NCBI GenBank assembly: GCA_965219685.1
Contig: CBDCOH010000002.1
Span: 832,001-896,000 of the forward strand
Direction: 5' to 3'
DNA: 64,000 nucleotides
Source: Candidatus Spongiisociaceae bacterium
Lineage (GTDB): Bacteria; Actinomycetota; Acidimicrobiia; Spongiisociales; Spongiisociaceae
The notes under the pieces were generated by a model that saw nothing but the letters and a program-made list of their open reading frames with translations, was not told the origin of the DNA and made no database searches. A program made the position numbers and the translations under genes. Positions 50,565-60,466 of the stretch are shown in pieces; positions within the stretch are counted from its first letter, which is position 1, and each line of letters opens with the position of its first letter.

Positions 50565-51952
50565 ACGACCCGTCCCGCCGAGTTGTCGTGGTCGGGGGCG
50601 GGCTGGCCGGTCTCGCCGCAGGCCTGGAGGCTGCCGACCGCGGAGCGGCTGTCACATTGCTGGAACGGCGCCCCCGTCTGGGGGGCGCGACCTGGTCGTT
50701 CCGTCGGCGGGGTCTCTGGTTCGACAACGGCCAGCACGTGTTCCTCCGTTGCTGCACGGCCTACCGGACGTTTCTGGAGCGCATCGGCTCGGCGGAGGGG
50801 GTGTTCCTGCAGCCCGGCCTCGAGATTCCCGTGCTCACCCCCGACGGCCGGGCCGGTTCCATCCGGCGGACCCCCGGGCCGGCTCCGCTCCACCTCGCGC
50901 CGTCTCTACTCGCCTACCCCCATCTCAGCTTGCACCAGAGGCTCAAGGTGCTCAGGGCAGGGCTGGCGTTGCGGCGACTCGACCCGGCTGACGCCGGACT
51001 CGACAGAGTGGCCTTCGGAGACTGGCTGGCGGCCCAGGGCCAGGACGCCGTAGCGGTGGAGACCTTCTGGAACCTGGTGGTTCTACCCACCGTCAACGTC
51101 CCGGCGGCAGATGCATCGCTCAAACTCGCGGCGAAGGTCTTCGTGACGGGCCTGCTGACCCGAGCCTCCTCGGCCGATGTGGGCTGGGCGAGGGTTCCCC
51201 TCTCGGCCCTCCACGGCGATCCTGCCCGCCGCGCCCTGGAGCGCGCCGGGGCCGAAGTGAGGGTCGGAGCAGCGGTCACCGGAGTCCGACCCGGTACGTC
51301 CGGGCGGCTCGTGACCCATGCGAACGGGCATGCCATCGAGGCGGACGCGGTGGTCGTCGCGGTACCCCACGACGGCGTGGACTCGCTGCTGCCGCCCGGG
51401 AGTGTCCGAGGCCAGGATCGACTCCTGGAGTTGGGCACGTCGCCGATCGTGAACGTGCATCTGGTGTATGACCGTCCGGTCACAGACCTGGCGATGTTTG
51501 CAGCCGTCGGAAGCGACATCCAGTACGTCTTCGACCGTACCGAAGCGGCCGGCGTCCAGGACGGTCGCCAATGCCTCGCCATCTCCCTCTCAGCGGCCCG
51601 GTCGTGGTTGGGCCGGGGTCCTAACGAGTTGGTGAAGCACTTCCAAGCGGAGCTGGCCCGGCTCCTGCCCGCTGCCTCCGGCGCTCGTCTCACCGACTCG
51701 ATCGTGACCCGCGAGCCGGCCGCCACCTTCTACGGGGCTCCGGGCAGCGACCGGCTCCGAGCCGGAGCCGAGTGCGCTCTCCCCGGTGTGTACCTGGCCG
51801 GCGCATGGTGCAACACCGGCTGGCCGGCCACGATGGAGGGCGCGGTCCGGAGTGGAACGAGGGCGGGAAGGCTGGCGGCCGGTTCCCGCCGCGGATCCGG
51901 GAGCCGGTCCGGAGAACCCGACAGGACTTCTCCGGCTACGGTCTGGTCATGA
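50561..51952 (+). CDS. hpnE: Hydroxysqualene dehydroxylase HpnE
   Basis: GGGLAG FAD motif, DNGQHVFLRCC, TGWPATMEGAVRSG. Confidence 0.92.
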   Translation: MNDPSRRVVVVGGGLAGLAAGLEAADRGAAVTLLERRPRLGGATWSFRRRGLWFDNGQHVFLRCCTAYRTFLERIGSAEGVFLQPGLEIPVLTPDGRAGSIRRTPGPAPLHLAPSLLAYPHLSLHQRLKVLRAGLALRRLDPADAGLDRVAFGDWLAAQGQDAVAVETFWNLVVLPTVNVPAADASLKLAAKVFVTGLLTRASSADVGWARVPLSALHGDPARRALERAGAEVRVGAAVTGVRPGTSGRLVTHANGHAIEADAVVVAVPHDGVDSLLPPGSVRGQDRLLELGTSPIVNVHLVYDRPVTDLAMFAAVGSDIQYVFDRTEAAGVQDGRQCLAISLSAARSWLGRGPNELVKHFQAELARLLPAASGARLTDSIVTREPAATFYGAPGSDRLRAGAECALPGVYLAGAWCNTGWPATMEGAVRSGTRAGRLAAGSRRGSGSRSGEPDRTSPATVWS

Positions 51953-52965
51953 AGCCCCGGGTGCCAGAGGTAATCGAGCGAGCCCGGGAACTGGTGGAAC
52001 CTGCCCTGGTGGGGGCCGTGGACCGGCTCTCGCCGGGTCTTCGGCTTCCGGGCCGCTACCACTTCGGGTGGGTCGACGCGGCAGGCGACCCGATTCCGGA
52101 CGGGGGTCACGGCAAGGGTGTCCGTCCCAGCCTGGCGCTGCTGTCGGCCGAGGCCGTCGGGGCGGCGCCCGAGGTGGCGCTTCCGGGCGCCGTGGCCGTC
52201 GAACTGGTCCACAACTTCTCGCTGGTCCACGACGACATCATCGACGACGACGAGGAGCGGCGGCACCGGGCCACGATCTGGAACGTGTTCGGGACCGGGG
52301 ACGCCATCGTCGTGGGTGATGCGTTGATGGTCCTCGCGTTCGAGTTGCTGCTGGAAGAGGCGACTCCCGAGCGCACCGCGGCGGCGGCCGATCTGATCCG
52401 CGCCACGGCCGACATGATCGCCGGCCAATACCTGGACATGTCCTTCGAAAGCACCGCGCCCGCTGACGTGGAGCGATGCTGGGAGATGGTCTCCCTCAAG
52501 ACCGGTGCGCTCCTAGCCCACGCCAGTGCGGTCGGCGCGATCCTGGCCGGGGCGCCGGCGGGTGCCGTCGAGTCGCTGCGGCGCTTCGGGGGGGAGTTGG
52601 GCCGGGCCTTCCAAGCTGTGGACGACCTGCTGGGTATCTGGGGGGATCCGTCCGTCACCGGCAAACCGGTCGGCAGCGACCTGCGGGAACGGAAACGGTC
52701 GGTACCTGTGACGGTGGCGCTGCATTCGGGGACCCGGGCCGGCGCGATGCTGGCCGACCTGTACGCGAGGGACCATCTTTCCGACTCCGACATCGCCCGG
52801 GCCGCCGCCCTGGTGGACGAGGCCGGCGGGCGGTCCGCCACCGTCGCGGCTGCCCGGGAGTGCATGCACCGGGCAGCCGACGCGTTGTCCGGCGCTCACC
52901 TCGAGACGCGGGCAGCCGATGAGCTGCTGGAACTGGCGGAGTTCATCGTCGACCGCGACTTCTGA
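51949..52965 (+). CDS. Polyprenyl diphosphate synthase (FPP/GGPP)
   Basis: GKGVRP, ELVHNFSLVHDDIIDDDEERR, KTGAL, FQAVDDLL. Confidence 0.93.
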   Translation: MKPRVPEVIERARELVEPALVGAVDRLSPGLRLPGRYHFGWVDAAGDPIPDGGHGKGVRPSLALLSAEAVGAAPEVALPGAVAVELVHNFSLVHDDIIDDDEERRHRATIWNVFGTGDAIVVGDALMVLAFELLLEEATPERTAAAADLIRATADMIAGQYLDMSFESTAPADVERCWEMVSLKTGALLAHASAVGAILAGAPAGAVESLRRFGGELGRAFQAVDDLLGIWGDPSVTGKPVGSDLRERKRSVPVTVALHSGTRAGAMLADLYARDHLSDSDIARAAALVDEAGGRSATVAAARECMHRAADALSGAHLETRAADELLELAEFIVDRDF

Positions 52966-53104
52966 CCGGATCGTCTGCCGCTGGGCGGGACCGGAGCGAG
53001 TCCCCTGCGGCGTGGGGTTCTCGAGCGGTCCTGTGACCGGGCACTCCACGCACCGGGTCTACCCCGATTAGATTGAGTGACGCTTCGAGAATTCGGGAGG
53101 GCAC

Positions 53105-54643
53105 ATGAAGGTACCGCTCACGGTACGGGACTTCCTGGACCGGGCTGCTCTGATCTATCCGGACAGCCCGGCTGTGATCGACGAACCGGACCAACCGGCG
53201 CCGAGTTGGGGCACGCTGACCTACGGTCAGGTAGAGGAACGGACGCGCTCGCTGGGTGCCGCCCTCGACGGTCTTGGTATCGGCTGGGGCGAGCGTGTTG
53301 CGGTGGTCTCGCACAATTCCGCCCGGCTCCTGGTGATGATGCTGGGCGTCAGTGCCTACGGCCGCATCTCGGTTCCGATCAACTTCAGGCTCAACGCGGC
53401 CGAGGTCGACTACATAGTCTCCCATTGCGGAGCGCGGCTGCTTCTGATCGACCCCGAACTCGCCGATGAACTGGCGGGTGTCGATTGCGAGCACCGGTTG
53501 GTGATCGGTCCCGAGGCCGATGAGGCCCTGTTCGGGGACACCGCCGCCGATCCCCGTCCGTGGGTGGCCGACGAGGACGCGACGGCCACCATCAACTACA
53601 CGAGCGGGACCACCGCACGTCCCAAGGGTGTCCAGATGAGCCATCGGACCCTGTGGTTGAACGCGGTGACCTTCGGTTGGAGCGCCGGGGTGAGCGACCA
53701 TGACGTCTACCTCCACACCCTCCCCATGTTTCACTGCAACGGTTGGGGAATGCCCTACGCACTCACCGGAATGGGGGCCGCACAGGTGGTGATCCGCAAG
53801 ATCGACGGGGCACAGATCCTGCGCCGCATCGAACGCCACGGGGTTACCTACATGTGCGGCGCTCCGGCCGTCGTGGCGGCGATCCTCTCGGCTGCCGAGG
53901 ACTGGAAGGGACCGATCCCGGGAGCGGGCAGGGTTCGGATGACCGTGGCGGGAGCTCCTCCGCCGACCCGGACCATCGAACGTATGGAAACCGAACTCGG
54001 ATGGGAGTTCATGCAGTTGTACGGGCTCACCGAGACGGCGCCCTACCTGACCATGAATCGGATCCGGCCCGACTGGAAACACTTGGATCCGGGGCAACGG
54101 GCCCGGCGGCTGGTCCGCCAGGGCGTTCCGGCGCTCGGCATCAGCCTTAGAGTTTCTTCTGAAGGTGAAGTCGAGGCTCAAGGTAATCACATCATGGATG
54201 GATACTGGGAGCAACCGGACGCCACCGACGAGGCCTTGGCGGAAGGTTGGTTCCACACCGGAGACGGAGGCTACATCGACGAGGACAGCTATCTGGTGCT
54301 CACCGACCGTCGCAAGGACGTGATCATCAGCGGGGGCGAGAACGTCTCATCCATAGAGGTGGAGGACTGCCTGTTCACCCATCCCGCGGTGGCTGAAGTG
54401 GCCGTCATAGGTGTTCCGGATGATCGATGGGGGGAGACTCCGAAGGCACTGGTGGTGCTGGTCGAAGGTTCCACCGTCACCGAGCGGGGACTCATCGACT
54501 ACTGCCGGGAGCGCATCGCGCACTACAAGTGCCCCAGCACCGTGGAGTTTCGTGATGCCCTAGCCCGCACCGCCACCGGCAAGCTCCAGAAGTACAAGCT
54601 GCGGGCCCCCTACTGGGAAGGCCGCAGCCGCCGGATCAACTAG
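53105..54643 (+). CDS. AMP-binding acyl-CoA synthetase
   Basis: YTSGTTARPKG, YGLTET, FHTGD, IISGGEN, TGKLQK. Confidence 0.93.
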   Translation: MKVPLTVRDFLDRAALIYPDSPAVIDEPDQPAPSWGTLTYGQVEERTRSLGAALDGLGIGWGERVAVVSHNSARLLVMMLGVSAYGRISVPINFRLNAAEVDYIVSHCGARLLLIDPELADELAGVDCEHRLVIGPEADEALFGDTAADPRPWVADEDATATINYTSGTTARPKGVQMSHRTLWLNAVTFGWSAGVSDHDVYLHTLPMFHCNGWGMPYALTGMGAAQVVIRKIDGAQILRRIERHGVTYMCGAPAVVAAILSAAEDWKGPIPGAGRVRMTVAGAPPPTRTIERMETELGWEFMQLYGLTETAPYLTMNRIRPDWKHLDPGQRARRLVRQGVPALGISLRVSSEGEVEAQGNHIMDGYWEQPDATDEALAEGWFHTGDGGYIDEDSYLVLTDRRKDVIISGGENVSSIEVEDCLFTHPAVAEVAVIGVPDDRWGETPKALVVLVEGSTVTERGLIDYCRERIAHYKCPSTVEFRDALARTATGKLQKYKLRAPYWEGRSRRIN

Positions 54644-54646
54644 CGA

Positions 54647-54748
54647 TGGTGAATGGTGAATGGTGAATGGTGAATGGTGAATGGTGAATGGTGAATGGTG
54701 AATGGTGAATGGTGAATGGTGAATGGTGAATGGTGAATGGTGAATGGT
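54647..54748 (+). repeat. Heptamer tandem array (TGGTGAA)14
   Basis: 14 perfect units, starting after 3 intervening nt past the acyl-CoA synthetase stop. Confidence 0.97.
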
Positions 54749-54822
54749 GGTAACTCTGGAGGGTACTCGACTACCGAGCCAGGACCGACCACGATGAGCT
54801 AGCTAGATGAGGTAGCCGTTCA

Positions 54823-54890
54823 CGGTCAACGGTCAACGGTCAACGGTCAACGGTCAACGGGTAACGGGTAACGGGTAACGGGTAACGGGT
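54823..54890 (-). repeat. Heptamer tandem array, plus strand (CGGTCAA)5(CGGGTAA)4
   Basis: Perfect units directly after the msrB stop. Confidence 0.97.
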
Positions 54891-54891
54891 T

Positions 54892-55311
54892 TCAGTCGGG
54901 CTTCAGGTCTATCGAAGCCGAGTTGATGCAGTAACGGAGGCCTGTGGGGCGGGGGCCGTCGGGGAACACATGGCCCAGATGGCATTGGCAGTTCCCGCAG
55001 GTGACTTCGGTTCGGACCATTCCCAGGCTGTGGTCGGTGTGCTCCTCGACTGGGGCTCCCTCGACCTTGTCGTAGAAACTGGGCCATCCGGTACCCGAGT
55101 CGAACTTCTCGTCGCTGCGGAAGAGTGGAGCGCCACAGCCGATGCACATATAGGTGCCGGGGTCCTTCTCATTCCAGTACTCACCCGAGAACGGCCGCTC
55201 CGTTCCGGCCTCGCGCGCCACGTAGTACTGCATGGGCGTCAGCTTCCTGCGCCATTCCCGCTCGCTCGTCGGAATGGAGGTGTCCTCCGCCGCGGTGTTG
55301 GTCTCGGTCAT
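54892..55311 (-). CDS. msrB: Peptide methionine-R-sulfoxide reductase MsrB
   Basis: [32 protein letters not shown]. Confidence 0.97.
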   Translation of the reverse strand: MTETNTAAEDTSIPTSEREWRRKLTPMQYYVAREAGTERPFSGEYWNEKDPGTYMCIGCGAPLFRSDEKFDSGTGWPSFYDKVEGAPVEEHTDHSLGMVRTEVTCGNCQCHLGHVFPDGPRPTGLRYCINSASIDLKPD

Positions 55312-55392
55312 TCTTCATCCTTCCGGGGCCGGGAGCCGGAACCGGAGATCGGTCACACGAGGCTCCCGGTCTGCAAATGATCGGGTTAGCAG

Positions 55393-55416
55393 GGCTTATG
55401 GCTGCACCCATAAGCC
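55393..55416. promoter_or_regulatory. Perfect palindrome between divergent msrB and the Mo-oxidoreductase
   Basis: GGCTTATGG-N6-CCATAAGCC. Confidence 0.5.
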
Positions 55417-55441
55417 TCCGAACCATCCTAATCTCAGGGCC

Positions 55442-57160
55442 ATGGAACACGAACCCACTCTCCCTGAAGCCAGCGCCCCCCCGAACTCGTGGCGCTCCCG
55501 CCTTGACTACGTCCTGCTCGGCATGGTCGCAACCGGCTCCGCCCTAGCGATCTCGGAACTGGTCGCCGGTCTTTTCCTCTCCGCCCCGTCGCTGGTCCGA
55601 ACCATCGGTCAGCGGATCATCGACATCACGCCGGCGCCGGTGGAGGACTGGGCGATCTCGACATTCGGCACCAACGACAAGTTGGCCCTGATCATCGGGA
55701 TCGTCGTGGTGTCGCTCGCGATCGGAGCCCTCCTCGGCCTGCTGGCTGAGAACCGGCCAGGTCCGGCCGCGGCCGGTTTCGTGCTCTTCGGGGTGGTCGG
55801 GTTCGTCGTGGGCCTGACAGATCCTCTGGCCGGATCGACTCTGACCCTCGTGGCCGCGGTGGCTGCCGCAGCCTCCGGGGTCGGCGTGCTGCTGGGACTG
55901 CGGTCCCTGCTCCGGCGGTCACCCTCCCCCGCCGGAGCAGGGGCCCCCGGATCGCGCCGCATGTTCCTCACCGCTTCGGCCGCCGGTGTGGCCGTCGCGG
56001 TGGGTGAGGTCCTTTTGGGGCGTTACTTCGCGAACCGCACCCAGACCGCGGTCGCAGGCCGGGAGCAGGTGACGCTGCCGTCCGCCTCCCAGCCCGCGCC
56101 CGCTACGACCACGTTGACGACGGAGCCGGCCGAGTCCGTCTCCGACACGGCTGGAGTGACCGCCTCCGAGGCGGCTGATCCGGTGGAGACCACCACGACC
56201 GCGGTCTCCACCGAAGCGAGTTCCCAACCGGCGGTCGAGGGTGTGGCCGATCCCACGCCGGCCCAGGTGGCACCCATCGATGGGGTATCCGAACTGGTGA
56301 CCCCGAACGAGGAGTTCTACATAATCGACACCGCTCTCAGCGTGCCGCGGGTCGACCTCGAGACTTGGACCCTGTCCTTCACCGGCCTCGCGGATACGCC
56401 TTTCAGCATCACCTACGACGAACTGCTGGCCATGCCGATGGTGGAGCGTTACGTCACCCTCTGCTGCGTGTCGAACCGGGTGGGCGGTGGCCTGATCGGC
56501 AATGCGAAGTGGCTGGGGGTTCCACTGCGGGAACTCGTCGAGCGGGCAGGCGTGAGACCCGAGGGAACCCAGTTGATCGGGCGGTCCGTGGATGAGTTCA
56601 CCGTCGGGTTCCCCACCGCCGCGGTGTTCGACGGGCGGGAAGCCCTGGTGGCCGTCGGGATGAACGGCGAGCCACTTCCTCTCAAGCACGGCTTCCCGGC
56701 CCGTCTGGTCGTATCCGGTCTCTACGGCTATGTCTCTGCCACCAAGTGGCTCGCGGAGGTCGAGTTCGCCGGCTGGGACGACTTCGACGCCTACTGGATC
56801 CCCCGAGGTTGGGCCAAGGAGGCGCCCATCAAGACCCAGTCGCGGATCGACAGTCCGCAACCCGGGAGCATCACGGCCGGAACCAACGTCATAGCCGGGG
56901 TTGCCTGGGCCCAGAACCGCGGAGTGGAGAAGGTGGAGGTCCGGGTCGGCGACGGACCGTGGATCGAGGCCGTCCTCCCGGAGGAACTCTCCATCGACTC
57001 CTGGCGGCAGTGGTACCTGGAGCACGACTTCACTCCCGGCGCCCATCAGATCTCAGTGAGGGCCACCGACGCGACCGGGGTAACCCAGACCGCCGAGATC
57101 CAGGAACCCCGGCCCGACGGAGCGACCGGCTACCACACGATCAGGGTGAACGCGGCCTGA
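55442..57160 (+). CDS. Membrane-anchored molybdopterin-dependent oxidoreductase (sulfite oxidase family)
   Basis: N-terminal TMs, SRRMFL, TLCCVSN, GNAKWLG, HGFPARL, SATKWL, IKTQSRID. Confidence 0.9.
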   Translation: MEHEPTLPEASAPPNSWRSRLDYVLLGMVATGSALAISELVAGLFLSAPSLVRTIGQRIIDITPAPVEDWAISTFGTNDKLALIIGIVVVSLAIGALLGLLAENRPGPAAAGFVLFGVVGFVVGLTDPLAGSTLTLVAAVAAAASGVGVLLGLRSLLRRSPSPAGAGAPGSRRMFLTASAAGVAVAVGEVLLGRYFANRTQTAVAGREQVTLPSASQPAPATTTLTTEPAESVSDTAGVTASEAADPVETTTTAVSTEASSQPAVEGVADPTPAQVAPIDGVSELVTPNEEFYIIDTALSVPRVDLETWTLSFTGLADTPFSITYDELLAMPMVERYVTLCCVSNRVGGGLIGNAKWLGVPLRELVERAGVRPEGTQLIGRSVDEFTVGFPTAAVFDGREALVAVGMNGEPLPLKHGFPARLVVSGLYGYVSATKWLAEVEFAGWDDFDAYWIPRGWAKEAPIKTQSRIDSPQPGSITAGTNVIAGVAWAQNRGVEKVEVRVGDGPWIEAVLPEELSIDSWRQWYLEHDFTPGAHQISVRATDATGVTQTAEIQEPRPDGATGYHTIRVNAA

Positions 57161-57530
57161 CGGAGGGGTCCGGCCTTCGGGTGGCTGCCGGTGCGCCAAC
57201 CCGCGGCATGTCTCCGGCGTTCCTTCGTGGCCCGATCCCGTACGTCGGGTGTGCCAGGTCGCGAAAAACGTGACGACCGGTTCCCGCTCCGGGCCCTCCG
57301 CCACCACCAGCTTTCCTGGGAATTAGAGCGCGGGCGATCCGGTCTGCGGTGCATGCCATGCTCCGATGGTTCATCATCCCTCGGTCGGTCGAACGACGCC
57401 GGACTCGGGGCCGCGCGGGTGTTTGGTCCTACCCGATTGTGCCGAACGGTTGCGCCGGCGCCCAACCCCTTTGCGGCGGTGGATCGTTCGCGGACCGACC
57501 ATGGCACCGGCGGCGGGTCGGCACGGTCGG

Positions 57531-58274
57531 CTACCGGCTAGCCAGCGACTCGAGGATGTTGTCCGGTATGTCGAAGTTGCCGTAGACCTCCTGAACGTCG
57601 TTGAGATCGTCCAGGGCGTCCACCAGGCGGAGCACGCGAGACGCCTTGGGGGCGTCGAGCACGATGGTCGTGGAGGGAAGTTGGGTGACCTCGGCCGACT
57701 GCACGTCCAGGTCGGCCTCGCCGAGCGCACTCCTGACCGTTGTGAAGTCCTCGGGGGCGGTGATCACCTCGAACTGATCCCCGCTCGATCGCACATCCTC
57801 GGCGCCTGACTCGAGTGCGGCCAAAAGGATGTCGTCCTCGTCGCCGTCGACGAGCAGGTAACCCTTCTGGTCGAACAGGTAACTCACCGATCCCGGCTCG
57901 CCCAGGTTGCCTCCGTTTCTCGTGAAGGCGGACCGGACGTCCGACGCGGCTCGGTTGCGGTTGTCGGTAAGCACCTGGACCAGCAGCGCCACGCCACCGG
58001 GCGCATAGCCTTCATAGAACATGGTGTCGAGTCGCTCGCCGACCAACTCCCCGGTCCCGCGCTTGATGGCCCTCTCGATGTTGTCCTTGGGTACCGAGGC
58101 GGACCGGGCCTTGTCGATCGCGGTCGCCAGCACCGCGTTGCCGTTGGGATCGCCGCCGCCGTGCCTGGCCGCTGCTTCGACTGCCCGGCAGAGCTTCGCG
58201 AACAGGTTTCCCCGGGCGGCGTCCTGGCGGCCCTTCCGGTGCTTGATGTTGGCCCACTTGGAATGGCCCGCCAT
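57531..58274 (-). CDS. yebC: YebC/PmpR family protein
   Basis: MAGHSKWANIKHRKG, YEGYAPGG, TDNRNR, DVQEVYGN. Confidence 0.96.
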   Translation of the reverse strand: MAGHSKWANIKHRKGRQDAARGNLFAKLCRAVEAAARHGGGDPNGNAVLATAIDKARSASVPKDNIERAIKRGTGELVGERLDTMFYEGYAPGGVALLVQVLTDNRNRAASDVRSAFTRNGGNLGEPGSVSYLFDQKGYLLVDGDEDDILLAALESGAEDVRSSGDQFEVITAPEDFTTVRSALGEADLDVQSAEVTQLPSTTIVLDAPKASRVLRLVDALDDLNDVQEVYGNFDIPDNILESLASR

Positions 58275-58861
58275 CAGTCCTTCCCGACCATGTCGAGGAG
58301 CATCCGGTGAAGTCGCATGTCATCGGTCAGTTCCGGGTGGAAGGCGGATGCAAGGATGCTGTCCTTCCTGACCAGTACCGGTCGGCCGCGATGCCGGGCC
58401 AGGATCTCGATGTCCGGCCCGGTCGAGTGGACAAGCGGGGCCCGGATGAAGACCGCATGCACCTCTTCGTCCCACCCATCCACGGCCAGTTCGCACTCGA
58501 AGGACTCGTTCTGGCGACCGAATGCGTTTCGTTCCACGACCATCTCCAGCACGCCCAGCTGTGTCTGGGCGCCTTCGGTGACCGCGGAGGCGAGGAAGAT
58601 CATGCCTGCGCACGTTCCCAGGGTCGGCATACCGGAGCGGATGTGCTTGCGCAACGGGTCCACGAGCCCGTAGAGGTTGGCGAGACGACCGATCGTCGTG
58701 GACTCGCCACCCGGGATGATCAGGGCGTCGATGGAGTCCAGGTCGGCCTGGGTTCTGACCTCCACGGCCCTCGCCCCGGCTCGCCTCACCGACCGGAGGT
58801 GCTCGCGCACGTCTCCCTGCAGTGCGAGCACCCCCACGGCCGGCGTCGGCGGCGCTGGCAT
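58274..58861 (-). CDS. pdxT: PLP synthase glutaminase subunit
   Basis: GVLALQGD, PGGESTT, GTCAG, FIRAP, FHPEL. Confidence 0.96.
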   Translation of the reverse strand: MPAPPTPAVGVLALQGDVREHLRSVRRAGARAVEVRTQADLDSIDALIIPGGESTTIGRLANLYGLVDPLRKHIRSGMPTLGTCAGMIFLASAVTEGAQTQLGVLEMVVERNAFGRQNESFECELAVDGWDEEVHAVFIRAPLVHSTGPDIEILARHRGRPVLVRKDSILASAFHPELTDDMRLHRMLLDMVGKD

Positions 58862-58866
58862 GTCTC

Positions 58867-59769
58867 CTACCAGCCCCGGTCCTGCATGCGCTGGGAGGCG
58901 GGGATGGTGTCGATCTCGATGCCCACCATCGCCTCGCCGAGGTTGCGGGACACCTTGGCGAGTATCTGGGCGTCGTTGTAGAAGGTGGTGGCCTCGACGA
59001 TCGCCCGGCCCCTCACGGCCGGGTCCCCGCTCTTGAAGATCCCGGAACCGACGAACACGCCGTCGCAGCCCAACTGCATCATCATGGCGGCGTCCGCCGG
59101 CGTGGCGATACCGCCGGCGGCGAAGTTGACGACCGGTAGCCGGCCGAGTTCCGCCACCTCGCGGAGCAACTCGACGGGGGCGTTGAGATCCCGGGCGGTG
59201 GCCATGAGTTGGTCGTCTCCCGCATTGGCCGCCCGCCTCATGTCGTTGTTCATGCGCCGCATATGGGTCACCGCCTCGACCACGTTCCCCGTACCCGGCT
59301 CGCCCTTGGTCCGGATCATCGCCGCGCCCTCGCCGATGCGGCGCAGCGCCTCACCGAGATCTCTGGCTCCGCAGACGAACGGGGTGGTGAATGCCCACTT
59401 GTCGATGTGATGCTCCATGTCGGCCGGAGTCAGCACCTCGGACTCATCGATGTAGTCGACGCCGAGACCCTGCAGTATCTGCGCCTCGACGAAGTGGCCT
59501 ATCCGCGCCTTGGCCATCACCGGTATGGTGACCGCCTCCATGATCTCCTCGACCCTCGACGGGTCCGCCATCCTGGCGACCCCGCCGTGGGCCCGGATGT
59601 CGGCGGGCACCCTCTCGAGGGCCATGACGGCCACGGCCCCGGCCTCCTCGGCGATCCGGGCCTGGTCAGCGGTGACGACATCCATGATGACGCCGCCCTT
59701 CAACATTTCGGCGAGCCCGCGCTTGACACGAGCCGTGCCGGTGGTATGGCCTTTGGTCCCCTGTTCCAC
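58867..59769 (-). CDS. pdxS: PLP synthase lyase subunit
   Basis: [40 protein letters not shown]. Confidence 0.97.
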   Translation of the reverse strand: MEQGTKGHTTGTARVKRGLAEMLKGGVIMDVVTADQARIAEEAGAVAVMALERVPADIRAHGGVARMADPSRVEEIMEAVTIPVMAKARIGHFVEAQILQGLGVDYIDESEVLTPADMEHHIDKWAFTTPFVCGARDLGEALRRIGEGAAMIRTKGEPGTGNVVEAVTHMRRMNNDMRRAANAGDDQLMATARDLNAPVELLREVAELGRLPVVNFAAGGIATPADAAMMMQLGCDGVFVGSGIFKSGDPAVRGRAIVEATTFYNDAQILAKVSRNLGEAMVGIEIDTIPASQRMQDRGW

Positions 59770-59942
59770 GGTCCTTTTGTCCTTTCGATGGTACCAGTTG
59801 GGTCTGGTAATTCTACCGGGACCCAGCCTCGATGCAACCGCAATGTCGGTTACCGGCCGTGCGTTTTGTTGGCCTCCGGGCCATCGTCTCGCTTCGTATT
59901 GCAACCCGGACGGGATGTCGCACAGGTTTCTATGTTGATTGC

Positions 59943-60191
59943 ATGAGACAGTACGTGGTGCAAATCGACGACGAACTGTCCCGCCAGGTTGACCGATTAG
60001 TGGTCACTGGCATCGTCCAGTCGAGATCGGATGCCGTCAGGAGGGTTCTTCGTCGGCTCGTCGACGATGAACGCCGGCGGGCCGTTGGAGCGGCGATCGT
60101 CGAGGGCTACCGGCGCGTGCCACAGAAGGCCGATGACCTGGGTTGGGTTGACGGCATCGGTCGATTCATGATCGCCGAGGAACCATGGTGA
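59943..60191 (+). CDS. Ribbon-helix-helix antitoxin-like protein (MazE-like), orphan
   Basis: VVQIDDEL...VD.LV..G...SRSDAVR; [11 protein letters not shown]...MIAEEPW. Confidence 0.75.
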   Translation: MRQYVVQIDDELSRQVDRLVVTGIVQSRSDAVRRVLRRLVDDERRRAVGAAIVEGYRRVPQKADDLGWVDGIGRFMIAEEPW

Positions 60192-60250
60192 CATTGCTGA
60201 TCTACCGAGTCCTTGAAGGCGGAGTCCGACCAGTGAAACGGGCGGACGGC

Positions 60251-60466
60251 CAGACGAGTAGTAGTTCCAAGGGATCTGACCAGAAGGGACCGAACTCTAC
60301 GATCGTTACATAACGCTGTGCAACACATCTGTAACGTGTGTGTCCCTGTTCCTGGACTAGAACCCCGGGGCTGCCATTTCGTGAAGAGGCACCCGCGGCG
60401 CAAACGCGAGACCCAAACAGTACTATGGAGGATGGTAAATGACGCCGATCCAACGTTAACCGTCGA
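60251..60466 (+). repeat. Dispersed ~200-bp intergenic repeat, copy 2
   Basis: Matches 18019-18219 and the reverse complement of 15733-15790; minus strand carries TTGCAC-N18-TAGAGT. Confidence 0.9.

Noticed and set aside
57161-57300. Imperfect inverted repeat CGGAGGGGTCCGG...CCGGGCCCTCCG enclosing small hairpins (MITE or ncRNA?)
   Set aside because: Short GC-rich arms are expected by chance; single copy in the window; no target duplication seen.
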